Positions 8,805 to 18,736 of a DNA stretch of 27,700 nt are shown here, piece after piece. This DNA is from an uncultured Candidatus Ruthturnera sp. GTDB lineage: Bacteria; Pseudomonadota; Gammaproteobacteria; PS1; Pseudothioglobaceae. The notes beneath the pieces are model-generated. The model had not been told where the DNA came from, did no database searches, and saw nothing but the letters and a program-made list of their open reading frames with translations. Location of the stretch: positions 1-27,700 of the forward strand of contig CAZKWW010000001.1 in the NCBI GenBank assembly GCA_964556635.1. Reading direction: 5' to 3'. A program made the position numbers and the translations under genes. Numbering within the stretch: position 1 is the first letter of the stretch; the number at the start of each line of letters is the position of its first letter.

Positions 8805-11800
8805 ATGAAAGAACAGTTATTACATCTACCTAAGCCTAACGGTCTTTACCATCCAAACTTTGAAAAAGAGAACTGTGGTGTTGGTTTTATTGCCCATATT
8901 AAGGGCAAGCCGTCACATCAAATTACTAAAGATGCGTTAGAAATGCTGACACGTATGGATCACCGTGGTGGTTGTGGATGTGAGTCTAATACCGGTGACG
9001 GCGCAGGCATTCTAACCGATATTCCGCACGCGTTTTTTATCAAAGAAATCAAAGCAAATTTTGGTGTTGATGTTGAGCCAGGCAACTATGGCATAGGTAA
9101 TATTTTCCTGCCACAAGATGATACTGAAAGAGCGCATTGTATCAATGTATTAGAAAAAACCATTGCAGATGAAGGGCAAACACTTGTAGGCTGGCGCGAC
9201 GTACCAATTGACGCCGATAAAGCTGACGTCGGTCATACTGCTAGAGCCTCTCAGCCAATTATTAAACAGTTAATTGTTACTGGTGCAAACGGCATTGATA
9301 ATGCCACATTTGAACGCGCCTTATTCACCATTAGAAAACACGCATCAAATGCTATTCGCACTGACGCCTCTCTGTCTCAAGCACTATTGTTTTATGTTTG
9401 TAGTTTATCGACCACAGTCATTATCTACAAAGGTATGTTGATGGGTTCACAAGTACTTGATTTTTATTCTGACTTATCTAACCCTGAATACGCCACTTAT
9501 TTGGCGATGGTGCATTCACGTTTTTCAACTAACACCTTTCCATCTTGGGATAGGGCTCAGCCTTGTCGTTATATGTCACACAATGGTGAAATCAATACTC
9601 GCCAGGGCAACTATAACTGGATGCGCGCTAGAGAAGGCACGTTAGAAAGTGAATTATTTAAAGACGACTTAGCCAAAACACTACCGGTGATTGAAACTGA
9701 AGTATCAGATTCAGGTAGTTTTGATAACGTGTTGGAATTCTTAATGATGAACGGTCGCACCTTGCAAGAGGCGGTACTAATGATGGTGCCCGAAGCTTGG
9801 CAAAATGACGACAATATGAGTGATGAGAAAAAAGCATTTTACGAATATTTCTCAAATGTAATGGAGCCGTGGGATGGCCCTGCTTCTATTGCCTTTACTG
9901 ATGGTCGCTATATTGGTGCGGTACTTGATCGCAACGGTTTACGTCCTTCACGTTTTTACCTAACGCATGATGATCGTGTCATTATGGCGAGTGAAGTGGG
10001 TGTGGTTGATGTTGAAACTGACAATGTTAAAACCAAAGGAAGATTACGCCCAGGCAAGATGTTCTTGGTTGATTTTGACAAAGGTGAACTGGTAGACGAT
10101 GAAGCCATTAAAGCTGATTTTGCCGCACAAAATCCATACCAAGACTGGCTTAACGATCAACAAATCCATCTATCAGAGCTTGGTTGCGAAACTGAGGCAC
10201 ACGGCTTTCACCCAGAGTCTTTAATTCATCGATTAAAGGCGTTTGGCTACAGCACAGAAACCTTGCAATTTATGCTCTTGCCATTGGTTAGCGAACTTCG
10301 TGATCCAGTCGGCTCAATGGGTAACGACTCAGCACTAGCGTGTTTGTCTGATCAGTCGCGTATTATTTATGACTACTTTAAGCAACTATTTGCACAAGTA
10401 ACCAACCCAGCCATTGACTCAATCCGTGAAGAAGTGGTGATGTCGTTACGTTGTTCTATTGGCCCTGAAGGCAATCTTCTAAACAATAGTGCAGAAAATG
10501 CACATCGTTTGGTGATTGATCATCCAATTTTGACCAACGAAGAAACCGCAGCGCTTCGTCACTGCAATCATCGCGGTTGGACCAGTAAAACTATTGATAT
10601 TACTTACGATATCAATGACAACAAAAAAGTATCAGAATTACTTGATGAGATTTGTCAGCAAGGCTCACAAGCCATTAAAGATGGCCACTCTCTGGTTATT
10701 TTGTCTGATCGTAATGTCGGCGAAAACCGTACTGCTATCAGTACGTTATTGGCTTCTTCAGCACTACACCGCTACTTAGTTGCCAGTCATGAGCGCACTC
10801 AGGTCGGCATCATTGTAGAAACCGGTGAAGCGCGCGAAGTGCATCATTTTTGTTTGCTAACTGGTTTCGGTGCAGATGCCATTAACCCTTATTTATCATT
10901 CGAAGCCCTATGGCAAGCTCGTCGTGATGAGATGATCGACATAGAAAGCGATGATGCAATTATCAAAGCTTATCGTAAAGGTGTAGGCAAAGGCATGCTA
11001 AAAGTGATGGCGAAGATGGGTATTTCTACGTTAGAGTCATACAAAGGTGCGCAAATTTTTGAAGCGGTTGGTCTAGCGCCAGAAGTCATGGAAAAATGTT
11101 TTTTCGAGACTGCGTCACGTATTAAAGGTGTCGGTTTTGATGTCCTGCAATCTGAGGTTGAAAAACGCCACCAAAGCGCTTACCAAACTAACGACCTTGA
11201 CAACCTTGGTCAATATCATTGGCGTAGTGGTGGTGAAAAACACATGTGGGAGCCACAAACCATCGCCAACTTGCAGCTCGCCGCTCGCAACAATGACGAA
11301 GAAGCTTATTGGGCATTTTCTAAACGTTCTAATGAAGAAGGCACGCGCAACTGTACACTGCGTGGTCTGATGTCATTCAAACAAGGTAATTCAATTTCAA
11401 TTAACGAGGTTGAAGATGCTAAAGAAATCGTTAAACGTTTTGCCACTGGTGCGATGAGTTTTGGCTCAATCTCTGCTGAATCACACGAATCACTCGCTAT
11501 TGCCATGAATCGCTTAGGCGGCAAATCAAACACCGGTGAAGGTGGTGAAGATTCTAAACGTTGGACACCGGATGCCAATGGTGACTCACGCCGAAGTGCG
11601 ATTAAACAAGTGGCTTCGGGTCGTTTTGGTGTGACTATTGATTACCTTAACAATGCTGATGAAATTCAAATTAAAGTATCACAAGGTGCAAAACCAGGTG
11701 AAGGTGGCGAATTACCAGGCACCAAAGTTGACGAAGGTATCGCCAAAATCCGTCACTCAACACCAGGTGTGGGCTTAATCTCACCGCCACCTCATCATGA

Positions 11801-13304
11801 TATTTATTCTATTGAAGATTTATCGCAACTTATTTTTGACCTTAAACGTTCAAACCCTGCTGCTCGTATTAGTGTGAAACTAGTGGCAGAAGTGGGCGTT
11901 GGCACAATTGCTGCTGGTGTTACCAAAGCCAAATCAGATCATATTGTGATTGCAGGCCATGATGGTGGTACGGGTGCATCGCCACTCACCTCGATCAAAC
12001 ATGCAGGCTTACCGTGGGAATTAGGCTTAGCTGAAACGCATCAAACCTTGGTGATGAATGACTTACGTTCACGCGTGGTAATTCAAACAGATGGTCAATT
12101 AAAAACCGGCCGAGATGTCGCCATTGGTGTTTTACTTGGCGCTGAAGAATTTGGCTTCTCGACCGCGCCATTGGTAACCATGGGTTGTATCATGATGCGC
12201 AAATGTCATCTAAATACTTGCCCAGTAGGTATTGCCACACAAGACAAAGAATTACGTAAGAAATTCACTGGCAAGCCAGAACATGTCGTCAACTATTTAT
12301 TTATGGTGGCTGAAGAATTACGTCTAATCATGGCGGAGCTTGGTTTCAAAACTGTGAATGAGATGATCGGCCGTGTTGATATGCTAGAGATGGACAAAGC
12401 CATTGATCACTGGAAACAAGGCTCAATTAACTTAGATGCCTTATTAACACCCGCAAATAAACCAAATGCCGATACTGGCACTTATCAAAGTATCTCGCAA
12501 GATCATCAACTAGAATTACAACTTGATAACAGCTTAATCGAACAATCAAAGGCTGCGATCGAAGGCGACGAGTCTGTACAATTTGACGCAATTATTACTA
12601 ATGTTGATCGTGCAGTGGGTGCAATGTTGTCTTCACACGTGGTTAAAACTCGTGGCAGTAATAACTTAGCTGAGGGCTCAATTCATATTAATTTTAAAGG
12701 CTCTGCTGGTCAATCCCTAGGTGCGTTCTTAGCACAAGGCATTACTTTAGAAGTTGAAGGTGATGCGAATGACTATGTTGGTAAAGGTTTATCCGGTGGT
12801 CGTGTGATTGTTTATCCACCAAAAAATTCTACTTTTGTCTCTGATGAGCAAATCATTGCCGGTAACGTTTGTGGCTATGGCTCAACCGGTGGTGAAATGT
12901 ATCTGTCTGGCCGTGTTGCTGAGCGCTTCTGTGTGCGTAACTCAGGCGTAGTTGCTGTGGTTGAAGGCGTGGGCGATCATGGTTGTGAATACATGACGGG
13001 TGGTCGTGCCATTATCCTAGGTGAAGTGGGCCGTAACTTTGGTGCAGGCATGAGTGGTGGTATTGCTTATATCTATAATCCAAATAACACATTTGAGTCA
13101 ATGGTAAATCCAGTGATGATTGATCTTGATCCGATGGATGATGAGGCACAAAAAGAGCTTTATCAGTATGTATCAAACCATGCAAAGTTTACCGGTTCTT
13201 TGGTGGCGCAACGTATTGTTGATCATTGGAATGACGAACTTAAAAACTTTGTTAAAGTGATGCCAAAAGACTTTAAACGCGTCTTACAACAAAACACAAA
13301 ATAA
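8805..13304 (+). CDS. gltB: Glutamate synthase large subunit
   Basis: CGVGFIA amidotransferase Cys, HSRFSTNTFPSW, HNGEINT, QGAKPGEGGELPG, 3Fe-4S motif GCIMMRKCHLNTCPVG, GXGXG C-terminal domain. ATG at 8805 preferred over GTG at 8766 because a TATAAT lies at 8758-8763. Confidence 0.97.
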   Translation: MKEQLLHLPKPNGLYHPNFEKENCGVGFIAHIKGKPSHQITKDALEMLTRMDHRGGCGCESNTGDGAGILTDIPHAFFIKEIKANFGVDVEPGNYGIGNIFLPQDDTERAHCINVLEKTIADEGQTLVGWRDVPIDADKADVGHTARASQPIIKQLIVTGANGIDNATFERALFTIRKHASNAIRTDASLSQALLFYVCSLSTTVIIYKGMLMGSQVLDFYSDLSNPEYATYLAMVHSRFSTNTFPSWDRAQPCRYMSHNGEINTRQGNYNWMRAREGTLESELFKDDLAKTLPVIETEVSDSGSFDNVLEFLMMNGRTLQEAVLMMVPEAWQNDDNMSDEKKAFYEYFSNVMEPWDGPASIAFTDGRYIGAVLDRNGLRPSRFYLTHDDRVIMASEVGVVDVETDNVKTKGRLRPGKMFLVDFDKGELVDDEAIKADFAAQNPYQDWLNDQQIHLSELGCETEAHGFHPESLIHRLKAFGYSTETLQFMLLPLVSELRDPVGSMGNDSALACLSDQSRIIYDYFKQLFAQVTNPAIDSIREEVVMSLRCSIGPEGNLLNNSAENAHRLVIDHPILTNEETAALRHCNHRGWTSKTIDITYDINDNKKVSELLDEICQQGSQAIKDGHSLVILSDRNVGENRTAISTLLASSALHRYLVASHERTQVGIIVETGEAREVHHFCLLTGFGADAINPYLSFEALWQARRDEMIDIESDDAIIKAYRKGVGKGMLKVMAKMGISTLESYKGAQIFEAVGLAPEVMEKCFFETASRIKGVGFDVLQSEVEKRHQSAYQTNDLDNLGQYHWRSGGEKHMWEPQTIANLQLAARNNDEEAYWAFSKRSNEEGTRNCTLRGLMSFKQGNSISINEVEDAKEIVKRFATGAMSFGSISAESHESLAIAMNRLGGKSNTGEGGEDSKRWTPDANGDSRRSAIKQVASGRFGVTIDYLNNADEIQIKVSQGAKPGEGGELPGTKVDEGIAKIRHSTPGVGLISPPPHHDIYSIEDLSQLIFDLKRSNPAARISVKLVAEVGVGTIAAGVTKAKSDHIVIAGHDGGTGASPLTSIKHAGLPWELGLAETHQTLVMNDLRSRVVIQTDGQLKTGRDVAIGVLLGAEEFGFSTAPLVTMGCIMMRKCHLNTCPVGIATQDKELRKKFTGKPEHVVNYLFMVAEELRLIMAELGFKTVNEMIGRVDMLEMDKAIDHWKQGSINLDALLTPANKPNADTGTYQSISQDHQLELQLDNSLIEQSKAAIEGDESVQFDAIITNVDRAVGAMLSSHVVKTRGSNNLAEGSIHINFKGSAGQSLGAFLAQGITLEVEGDANDYVGKGLSGGRVIVYPPKNSTFVSDEQIIAGNVCGYGSTGGEMYLSGRVAERFCVRNSGVVAVVEGVGDHGCEYMTGGRAIILGEVGRNFGAGMSGGIAYIYNPNNTFESMVNPVMIDLDPMDDEAQKELYQYVSNHAKFTGSLVAQRIVDHWNDELKNFVKVMPKDFKRVLQQNTK

Positions 13305-13307
13305 TCC

Positions 13308-13339
13308 AATAAAAAGGCTGTTAATACAGCCTTTTTATT
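13308..13339. terminator. Bidirectional intrinsic terminator between gltB and the lipoprotein/folA transcript
   Basis: AATAAAAAGGCTG-TTAATA-CAGCCTTTTTATT, perfect 13-bp inverted repeat with T/A tracts on both sides. Confidence 0.92.
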
Positions 13340-13356
13340 AACTGTTTGACATAGAA

Positions 13357-13539
13357 TTAAATCGGAATAGCATCAATCACATCAGCCGTTTCATCAATTG
13401 CCTCGTCAATACCTTCGCCTACACCGGGTATCACTGAAATAACCGCACCACCAACACGCATAGGCACAGTCACCACTTTGGTGAGCACACAACTAGAAAG
13501 CAACAACATTGATAATAATAAAACTGTAACTTTTAACAT
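13357..13539 (-). CDS. Small putative lipoprotein (60 aa), function unknown
   Basis: Basic N-terminus, hydrophobic stretch, lipobox LSSC; SD GAAAGGA upstream; 2 nt downstream of folA stop. Confidence 0.75.
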   Translation of the reverse strand: MLKVTVLLLSMLLLSSCVLTKVVTVPMRVGGAVISVIPGVGEGIDEAIDETADVIDAIPI

Positions 13540-13541
13540 GA

Positions 13542-14027
13542 TTAATTCCTTTCTAAAATAGTGAAATGATAAGTATGAGGATTTTTTTCATCCGGCGTAT
13601 GTGATTCACGGCTAATTTCCCTAAATTCAGATCGATCAAATTTAGGGAAATGTGCATCCCCTTCATACTCGCCTTCAATTTGAGTAATATAAAGTCTATC
13701 AGCACTCGGTAGCATTTGCTCATAAAACGAAGCGCCGCCCATCACCATCACTTCATCATCATCCTTAGATAGCTCAAGTGCAGCATCAATACTGCCTACT
13801 ACTTCACAACCTTGTGCCTCAAAATCGGTATTACGGCTAACCACCACATTGCGACGATTTGGCAATGGAAAACCAATTGATTCATACGTTTTACGCCCCA
13901 TCAGTACAGTTTTTCCCGTGGTGGTTTTTTTAAAATAACCCAAATCAGCGGGCAGATGCCAAGGCAAGGCGTTGTCTTTTCCAATCAGCTGATTGTCATC
14001 CATTGCCACAATAATTGATAATCGCAT
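13542..14027 (-). CDS. folA: Dihydrofolate reductase
   Basis: IGKDNALPWHLPADLGYFK, VLMGRKTYESIG, VMGGASFY, EGDAHFP. Confidence 0.97.
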   Translation of the reverse strand: MRLSIIVAMDDNQLIGKDNALPWHLPADLGYFKKTTTGKTVLMGRKTYESIGFPLPNRRNVVVSRNTDFEAQGCEVVGSIDAALELSKDDDEVMVMGGASFYEQMLPSADRLYITQIEGEYEGDAHFPKFDRSEFREISRESHTPDEKNPHTYHFTILERN

Positions 14028-14083
14028 AGAAGAAGTTCGAATAAAGTAAAATGAATCCTATTTTACAAATACCGGTATCACTC

Positions 14084-14683
14084 GTGTCATTAATTCTTGC
14101 CTCATCGTCACCTTTTCGAAAAGAGCTGCTTACTAAGCTTGGGCTAGAGTTTTCAATACAGACGCCTGATATTAATGAATCACGTATTGATGGCGAAACA
14201 CCAGAACAACTGGTCTATCGCTTAGCCGAAGAAAAAGCACATGAAGTTGCTAAAACTCAAAGCGGGCTAATTATCGCCTCAGACCAAGTAGCGACACTCG
14301 GTAGTGGCGCACAAGCTGATGACAAGATCCTAACCAAGCCACACACGCATGAAAGTGCGATAAAACAACTTCAGCAAAGTTCTGGAAATACAGTTACGTT
14401 CGTTACTAGTTTGTCACTTTTAAATACAAATAGCGGCAACATTCAAACCATTGTTGAGCCATTTAAGGTGGTTTTTAAAACCTTAAGCACTCAACAAATT
14501 GACAATTATCTAAAAAAGGAACAACCTTATAATTGTGCCGGTAGTTTCAAATCTGAAGCACTCGGCATTAGCCTTTTTGAGCGCCTAGAGGGTAATGACC
14601 CAAATACACTAATTGGCTTGCCACTGATTCAACTAATCAAAATGCTAGAAAACGAAGGTGTGGATATCCTAGAAAATCCCTAA
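14084..14683 (+). CDS. yceF: Maf-family nucleotide pyrophosphatase (YceF-like)
   Basis: LILASSSPFRKELL, IIASDQV, CAGSFKSEALGISLFERLEGNDPNTLIGLPLI. GTG at 14084 gives the usual N-terminus; ATG at 14051 is the alternative. Confidence 0.85.
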   Translation: MSLILASSSPFRKELLTKLGLEFSIQTPDINESRIDGETPEQLVYRLAEEKAHEVAKTQSGLIIASDQVATLGSGAQADDKILTKPHTHESAIKQLQQSSGNTVTFVTSLSLLNTNSGNIQTIVEPFKVVFKTLSTQQIDNYLKKEQPYNCAGSFKSEALGISLFERLEGNDPNTLIGLPLIQLIKMLENEGVDILENP

Positions 14684-17600
14684 TGCCACAACTTTATTCG
14701 CAGGATTCTACACCGTTTAAATCTGGACAAAAATTTTATTGGGGCTCACTTTATGGGAGTGCGCAGGCACTTGCACTACTTGAGTTTGCCAAAGCGCAAA
14801 ATCAAGTGGTTTTGGTCATTGCTAATGATATTAAACATTTTGATCAACTAGTCAAATCCCTTATTTTTTATAATGATGACTTAGATATTCTCAAATTTGA
14901 TAACTGGGAAGTTTTGGCATTTGATCATTTTTCCCCGCATCCGGACATTACCTCGAGCCGACTCAGCACACTGGCCAAATTGCCAAACTTGACTAAAGGC
15001 ATTGTTATCACTACGCTAGAATCATTATTGCAACAATTGTGTCCGATCGAATTTAGCAAAAAATACAGTTTTGGTTTAAAAACAGGTGATGATCTCAATA
15101 GAGACTCTTTTACTGAGCAACTGCTTAAAATTGGCTACAACCGTGTCACTACCGTGATGGAGCACGGCGAGTTTAGCATCAAAGGCTCACTGATTGATCT
15201 TTACCCAATGGGGGCAAAAACACCTTATCGACTCGACTTATTCGACCAAGAAATTGAATCCATTCGTACTTTTGACGCCTCAACTCAAATCTCTATTGAA
15301 ACTGTCAAACAAATTGACCTACTTCCCGCTAGAGAATTTGCAACTGACAAGTGCAGTGTTGATATTTTTAAAGAAAATTACCAAAAAACGTTTAATAATA
15401 CAGATGACTTTATCTACACCGAGGTTAGCGAGTCACGCTTACCAAGTGGTATTGAGTTTTATCTGTCATTATTCTTTACACACACCAACACATTATTCGA
15501 TTACCTGCCAAACGATACGATTATTGCAACGCATCAAGGGTTTAGCGACCTTGCTGATCTAACCTTTGAACAAATTAGCGAGCGACATCAACAAGCCAGC
15601 AACAATCTTGATCGATTGCCTTTGCCAATAGATCAAGTATTTTTAAGTAAAGAGAATTTATTTAGCAATCTAAAAAAACAACAACAATTGGTGATTGGCA
15701 CCTCAAAAATTGAAAGTAGACAAGCTGTCTTAAATTTTTCTAGCCAATTATTACCGCCTTTAAATATTGACGCTCAGGCTAAAAATCCGCTAACAAAATT
15801 TTTAAATTTTGAAAAAAAATTTAGTGGGAAAATCCTCATTGTTTGTGAATCAGAAGGTCGACAGAGTGTGCTGAGCGATCTGCTCAACAACCATGGGTGC
15901 AATCCAAACTTAGTTAATAATTGGCAAGCCTTTGTTGCTCAAGAACAGCGCTTGTGCATCACTAATGCCAATCTAAGTGAAGGCTTACTCACTCAAGATA
16001 TTGCAGTTATCACCGAGGTCAATTTATTTGGCGCTGATGTGGTTAAACAGCAAAGACGACGACGCGCAAAACATAAGGATTTTGATGAGGCGATTAAATC
16101 CCTAGTAGAAATCCAAATCGGCGATCCGATTGTGCATGAGAGCTATGGTGTGGGCCGATATCTAGGTTTGAAAACGCAAACTTTTGACAGCCTAGCGCAA
16201 GACTTTCTAATGCTGGAATACGCCAACGGCTCCAAGCTGATGGTGCCAATGACTTCACTGAATTTGATTTCTCGTTATTCAGGTGCGTCACCAGACATTG
16301 CCCCACTACACAAGCTCGGCACTAACCAATGGACTAAAGCCAAACAAAAAGCCCATGAAGCATTGCATGATATTGCCGCCGAACTGTTAGAAATTTATGC
16401 CAAGCGTCAATCACAAACTGGCTTTGCCTTTCCAGAGCCAAGCGATGCTTATGCCTCTTTTGTATCAAGCTTCCCATTCGAAGAAACGCCAGATCAGCTC
16501 AAAACCATGGGCGAAGTATTGGCTGATATGCAATCCAGACGACCAATGGATCGATTGGTGTGTGGCGATGTCGGCTTTGGTAAAACTGAAATCGCCATGC
16601 GCGCCGCCTTCTTAGCGGTAGAGTCTGGCAAACAGGTGGCTATCTTAGTGCCTACCACACTGTTAGCCAACCAACACCATCAGTCTTTTAAAGATCGATT
16701 TGTTAACTACCCCATTGAAATTGCCGCACTCTCACGCTTTCAAAGCACCAAAGAGCAAACACAAATTAAACAGCAACTACTCGATGGCAAAATTGACATT
16801 GTAATCGGCACACACAAACTCATTCAGGGCAGTGTCAAATACCAAAAATTAGGCTTGGTGATTATTGATGAGGAACATCGATTTGGCGTTAAACAAAAAG
16901 AGGCCTTAAAAAAATTAAGAGGGCAAAGCGACATTCTCACCATGACCGCCACGCCAATCCCGCGTACACTGAATATGGCGCTTGGGTCGCTTAGAGAGTT
17001 GTCTGTCATCGCCACACCACCACAAGGGCGCAGTGCCATTCAAACCTTTGTTAATGAGTGGCATGATGACACCATCAAAGAGGCATGTTCTCGAGAACTG
17101 CACCGTGGTGGGCAAATATTTGTTCTTCATAATGATATTGACTCAATCGACAACATGGGTGAGAATCTAAAATCACTCATGCCAAACACCAAGGTTCGTA
17201 TTGCCCATGGGCAAATGCCGACACGCGAGCTCGAAAATATCATGGGAGATTTTTATCATGGGCGCTTTCAAATATTGGTGTGCACCACTATTATTGAAAC
17301 GGGTATTGATATCCCGAACGCCAATACTATCATTATCAACAATGCGCAAAACTTTGGCTTAGCGCAACTTCACCAATTGCGTGGTCGCGTAGGCCGATCA
17401 CACCATCGAGCTTATGCTTATTTGGTGATTAAATCACATCAATCACTCAGTGCCAATGCCAAAAAACGCCTAGAGGCTATTGAATCATTAGAAGAGCTCG
17501 GCGCGGGCTTTATGCTTGCCAATCATGATTTGGAAATCCGCGGTGCGGGTGACTTATTGGGTGATAATCAATCGGGCAAAATTAGTGAGATTGGTTTTAA

Positions 17601-18114
17601 TTTATATCATGATTTACTCAAGCGCACGGTTGATGCCATGCGCGCTGGCAAAAAAATCAACTTAGACGATCCAATCAATCATGAAATCGAAATTGATACC
17701 GGACTTGGCTGTATCATTCCTGAGGCTTATCTTGGTGATGTGCACGAGCGCTTAGTGTTGTATAAGCGTATTGCCAATGCCAAAAATAACGACGAACTCA
17801 AAGACTTACAAATCGAGATGATTGATCGTTTTGGCTTATTGCTAGACTCAACCAAAAACTTATTTGCCGCCACGAGACTTAAACTTTTTTCGGAAAAAAT
17901 CGGAATTGATAAAATTTCAATCTATGATGATAAAGCGCACCTCACTTTTGCTGATAAAACCACGGTTGAGCCAATAAAAATCATCAATTTAGTACAAAAA
18001 CAGCCCCAAACCTATCAATTAAAGGGTCAAAACCAGTTGATTATCAAGCAAACCATGCCGGAAGACATTGAACGTATTGAGTTAGTTGAAAATTTGCTAA
18101 AAAAGCTAAATTGA
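14683..18114 (+). CDS. mfd: Transcription-repair coupling factor
   Basis: UvrB-homology N-terminus, RID (VHESYGVGRY), FPFEETPDQ, CGDVGFGKTE, DEEHRFG, QLRGRVGRS, DLEIRGAGDLLG, TRCF C-terminus. Confidence 0.98.
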   Translation: MPQLYSQDSTPFKSGQKFYWGSLYGSAQALALLEFAKAQNQVVLVIANDIKHFDQLVKSLIFYNDDLDILKFDNWEVLAFDHFSPHPDITSSRLSTLAKLPNLTKGIVITTLESLLQQLCPIEFSKKYSFGLKTGDDLNRDSFTEQLLKIGYNRVTTVMEHGEFSIKGSLIDLYPMGAKTPYRLDLFDQEIESIRTFDASTQISIETVKQIDLLPAREFATDKCSVDIFKENYQKTFNNTDDFIYTEVSESRLPSGIEFYLSLFFTHTNTLFDYLPNDTIIATHQGFSDLADLTFEQISERHQQASNNLDRLPLPIDQVFLSKENLFSNLKKQQQLVIGTSKIESRQAVLNFSSQLLPPLNIDAQAKNPLTKFLNFEKKFSGKILIVCESEGRQSVLSDLLNNHGCNPNLVNNWQAFVAQEQRLCITNANLSEGLLTQDIAVITEVNLFGADVVKQQRRRRAKHKDFDEAIKSLVEIQIGDPIVHESYGVGRYLGLKTQTFDSLAQDFLMLEYANGSKLMVPMTSLNLISRYSGASPDIAPLHKLGTNQWTKAKQKAHEALHDIAAELLEIYAKRQSQTGFAFPEPSDAYASFVSSFPFEETPDQLKTMGEVLADMQSRRPMDRLVCGDVGFGKTEIAMRAAFLAVESGKQVAILVPTTLLANQHHQSFKDRFVNYPIEIAALSRFQSTKEQTQIKQQLLDGKIDIVIGTHKLIQGSVKYQKLGLVIIDEEHRFGVKQKEALKKLRGQSDILTMTATPIPRTLNMALGSLRELSVIATPPQGRSAIQTFVNEWHDDTIKEACSRELHRGGQIFVLHNDIDSIDNMGENLKSLMPNTKVRIAHGQMPTRELENIMGDFYHGRFQILVCTTIIETGIDIPNANTIIINNAQNFGLAQLHQLRGRVGRSHHRAYAYLVIKSHQSLSANAKKRLEAIESLEELGAGFMLANHDLEIRGAGDLLGDNQSGKISEIGFNLYHDLLKRTVDAMRAGKKINLDDPINHEIEIDTGLGCIIPEAYLGDVHERLVLYKRIANAKNNDELKDLQIEMIDRFGLLLDSTKNLFAATRLKLFSEKIGIDKISIYDDKAHLTFADKTTVEPIKIINLVQKQPQTYQLKGQNQLIIKQTMPEDIERIELVENLLKKLN

Positions 18115-18115
18115 C

Positions 18116-18664
18116 TTATTTCTTAGCAAAAAATGCAGCAAAAACCTTAATACCGATATAAATAAAGACAATACCGCCAATCATATCGCCTACTAAGTAA
18201 GAGCCAATATGACCAACTGGATCAGCTAAGAATTTTTCGGCTGTTTGATACACAAAGAAGGTTTTTAACAGTGTGCTAATGACCGCTGAGAGCAATACTA
18301 AGAATACAATATGGCCAATGTTGATTTTGTCTTCATCAAAAAAGTTAGACAAGCTAAATAAACGCATAATACTGATTGCCATCATTGGCGCTAAGCTCGA
18401 CATGGTTCTACTCAAAACCTCTCTTTGACTAATATCAACCACACCGCCTTCAATCAATACTTCGGCAATCAAATAACCCAATAACACACCTGGGAAAACT
18501 TTAAAGCCAAACAGTAAATACGACAAAATAGCCGCACCAATTGGTAGCCATAAGTAATTGCCAATCACAAAGTCTGTGCTATCCAGCCCAGAGATGAGCA
18601 CTCTAGATAGCGCTACCATCATCAGTGCAATGAAACTGTGAGAGATAAATTGCTTAATATTCAT
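18116..18664 (-). CDS. Standalone MASE1-like integral membrane sensor, paralogue A
   Basis: Multiple hydrophobic helices; YLWLPIGA and YLVGDMIGGIV resemble MASE1 W.P.G and (W)xGD..G motifs; no soluble output domain. ATG at 18664 used (TTG at 18670 possible). Confidence 0.7.
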   Translation of the reverse strand: MNIKQFISHSFIALMMVALSRVLISGLDSTDFVIGNYLWLPIGAAILSYLLFGFKVFPGVLLGYLIAEVLIEGGVVDISQREVLSRTMSSLAPMMAISIMRLFSLSNFFDEDKINIGHIVFLVLLSAVISTLLKTFFVYQTAEKFLADPVGHIGSYLVGDMIGGIVFIYIGIKVFAAFFAKK

Positions 18665-18699
18665 AAGCAACCATTATATACGATAGCGCTTAGGTAAGT

Positions 18700-18707
18700 G
18701 GGGGGGG
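18700..18707 (+). repeat. G8 homopolymer in the promoter region of MASE1 paralogue A
   Basis: GTAAGT-GGGGGGGG-ATGCG in an A/T-rich intergenic region. Confidence 0.85.
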
Positions 18708-18736
18708 ATGCGTTTTTATAAAATAAACGCTAAATA

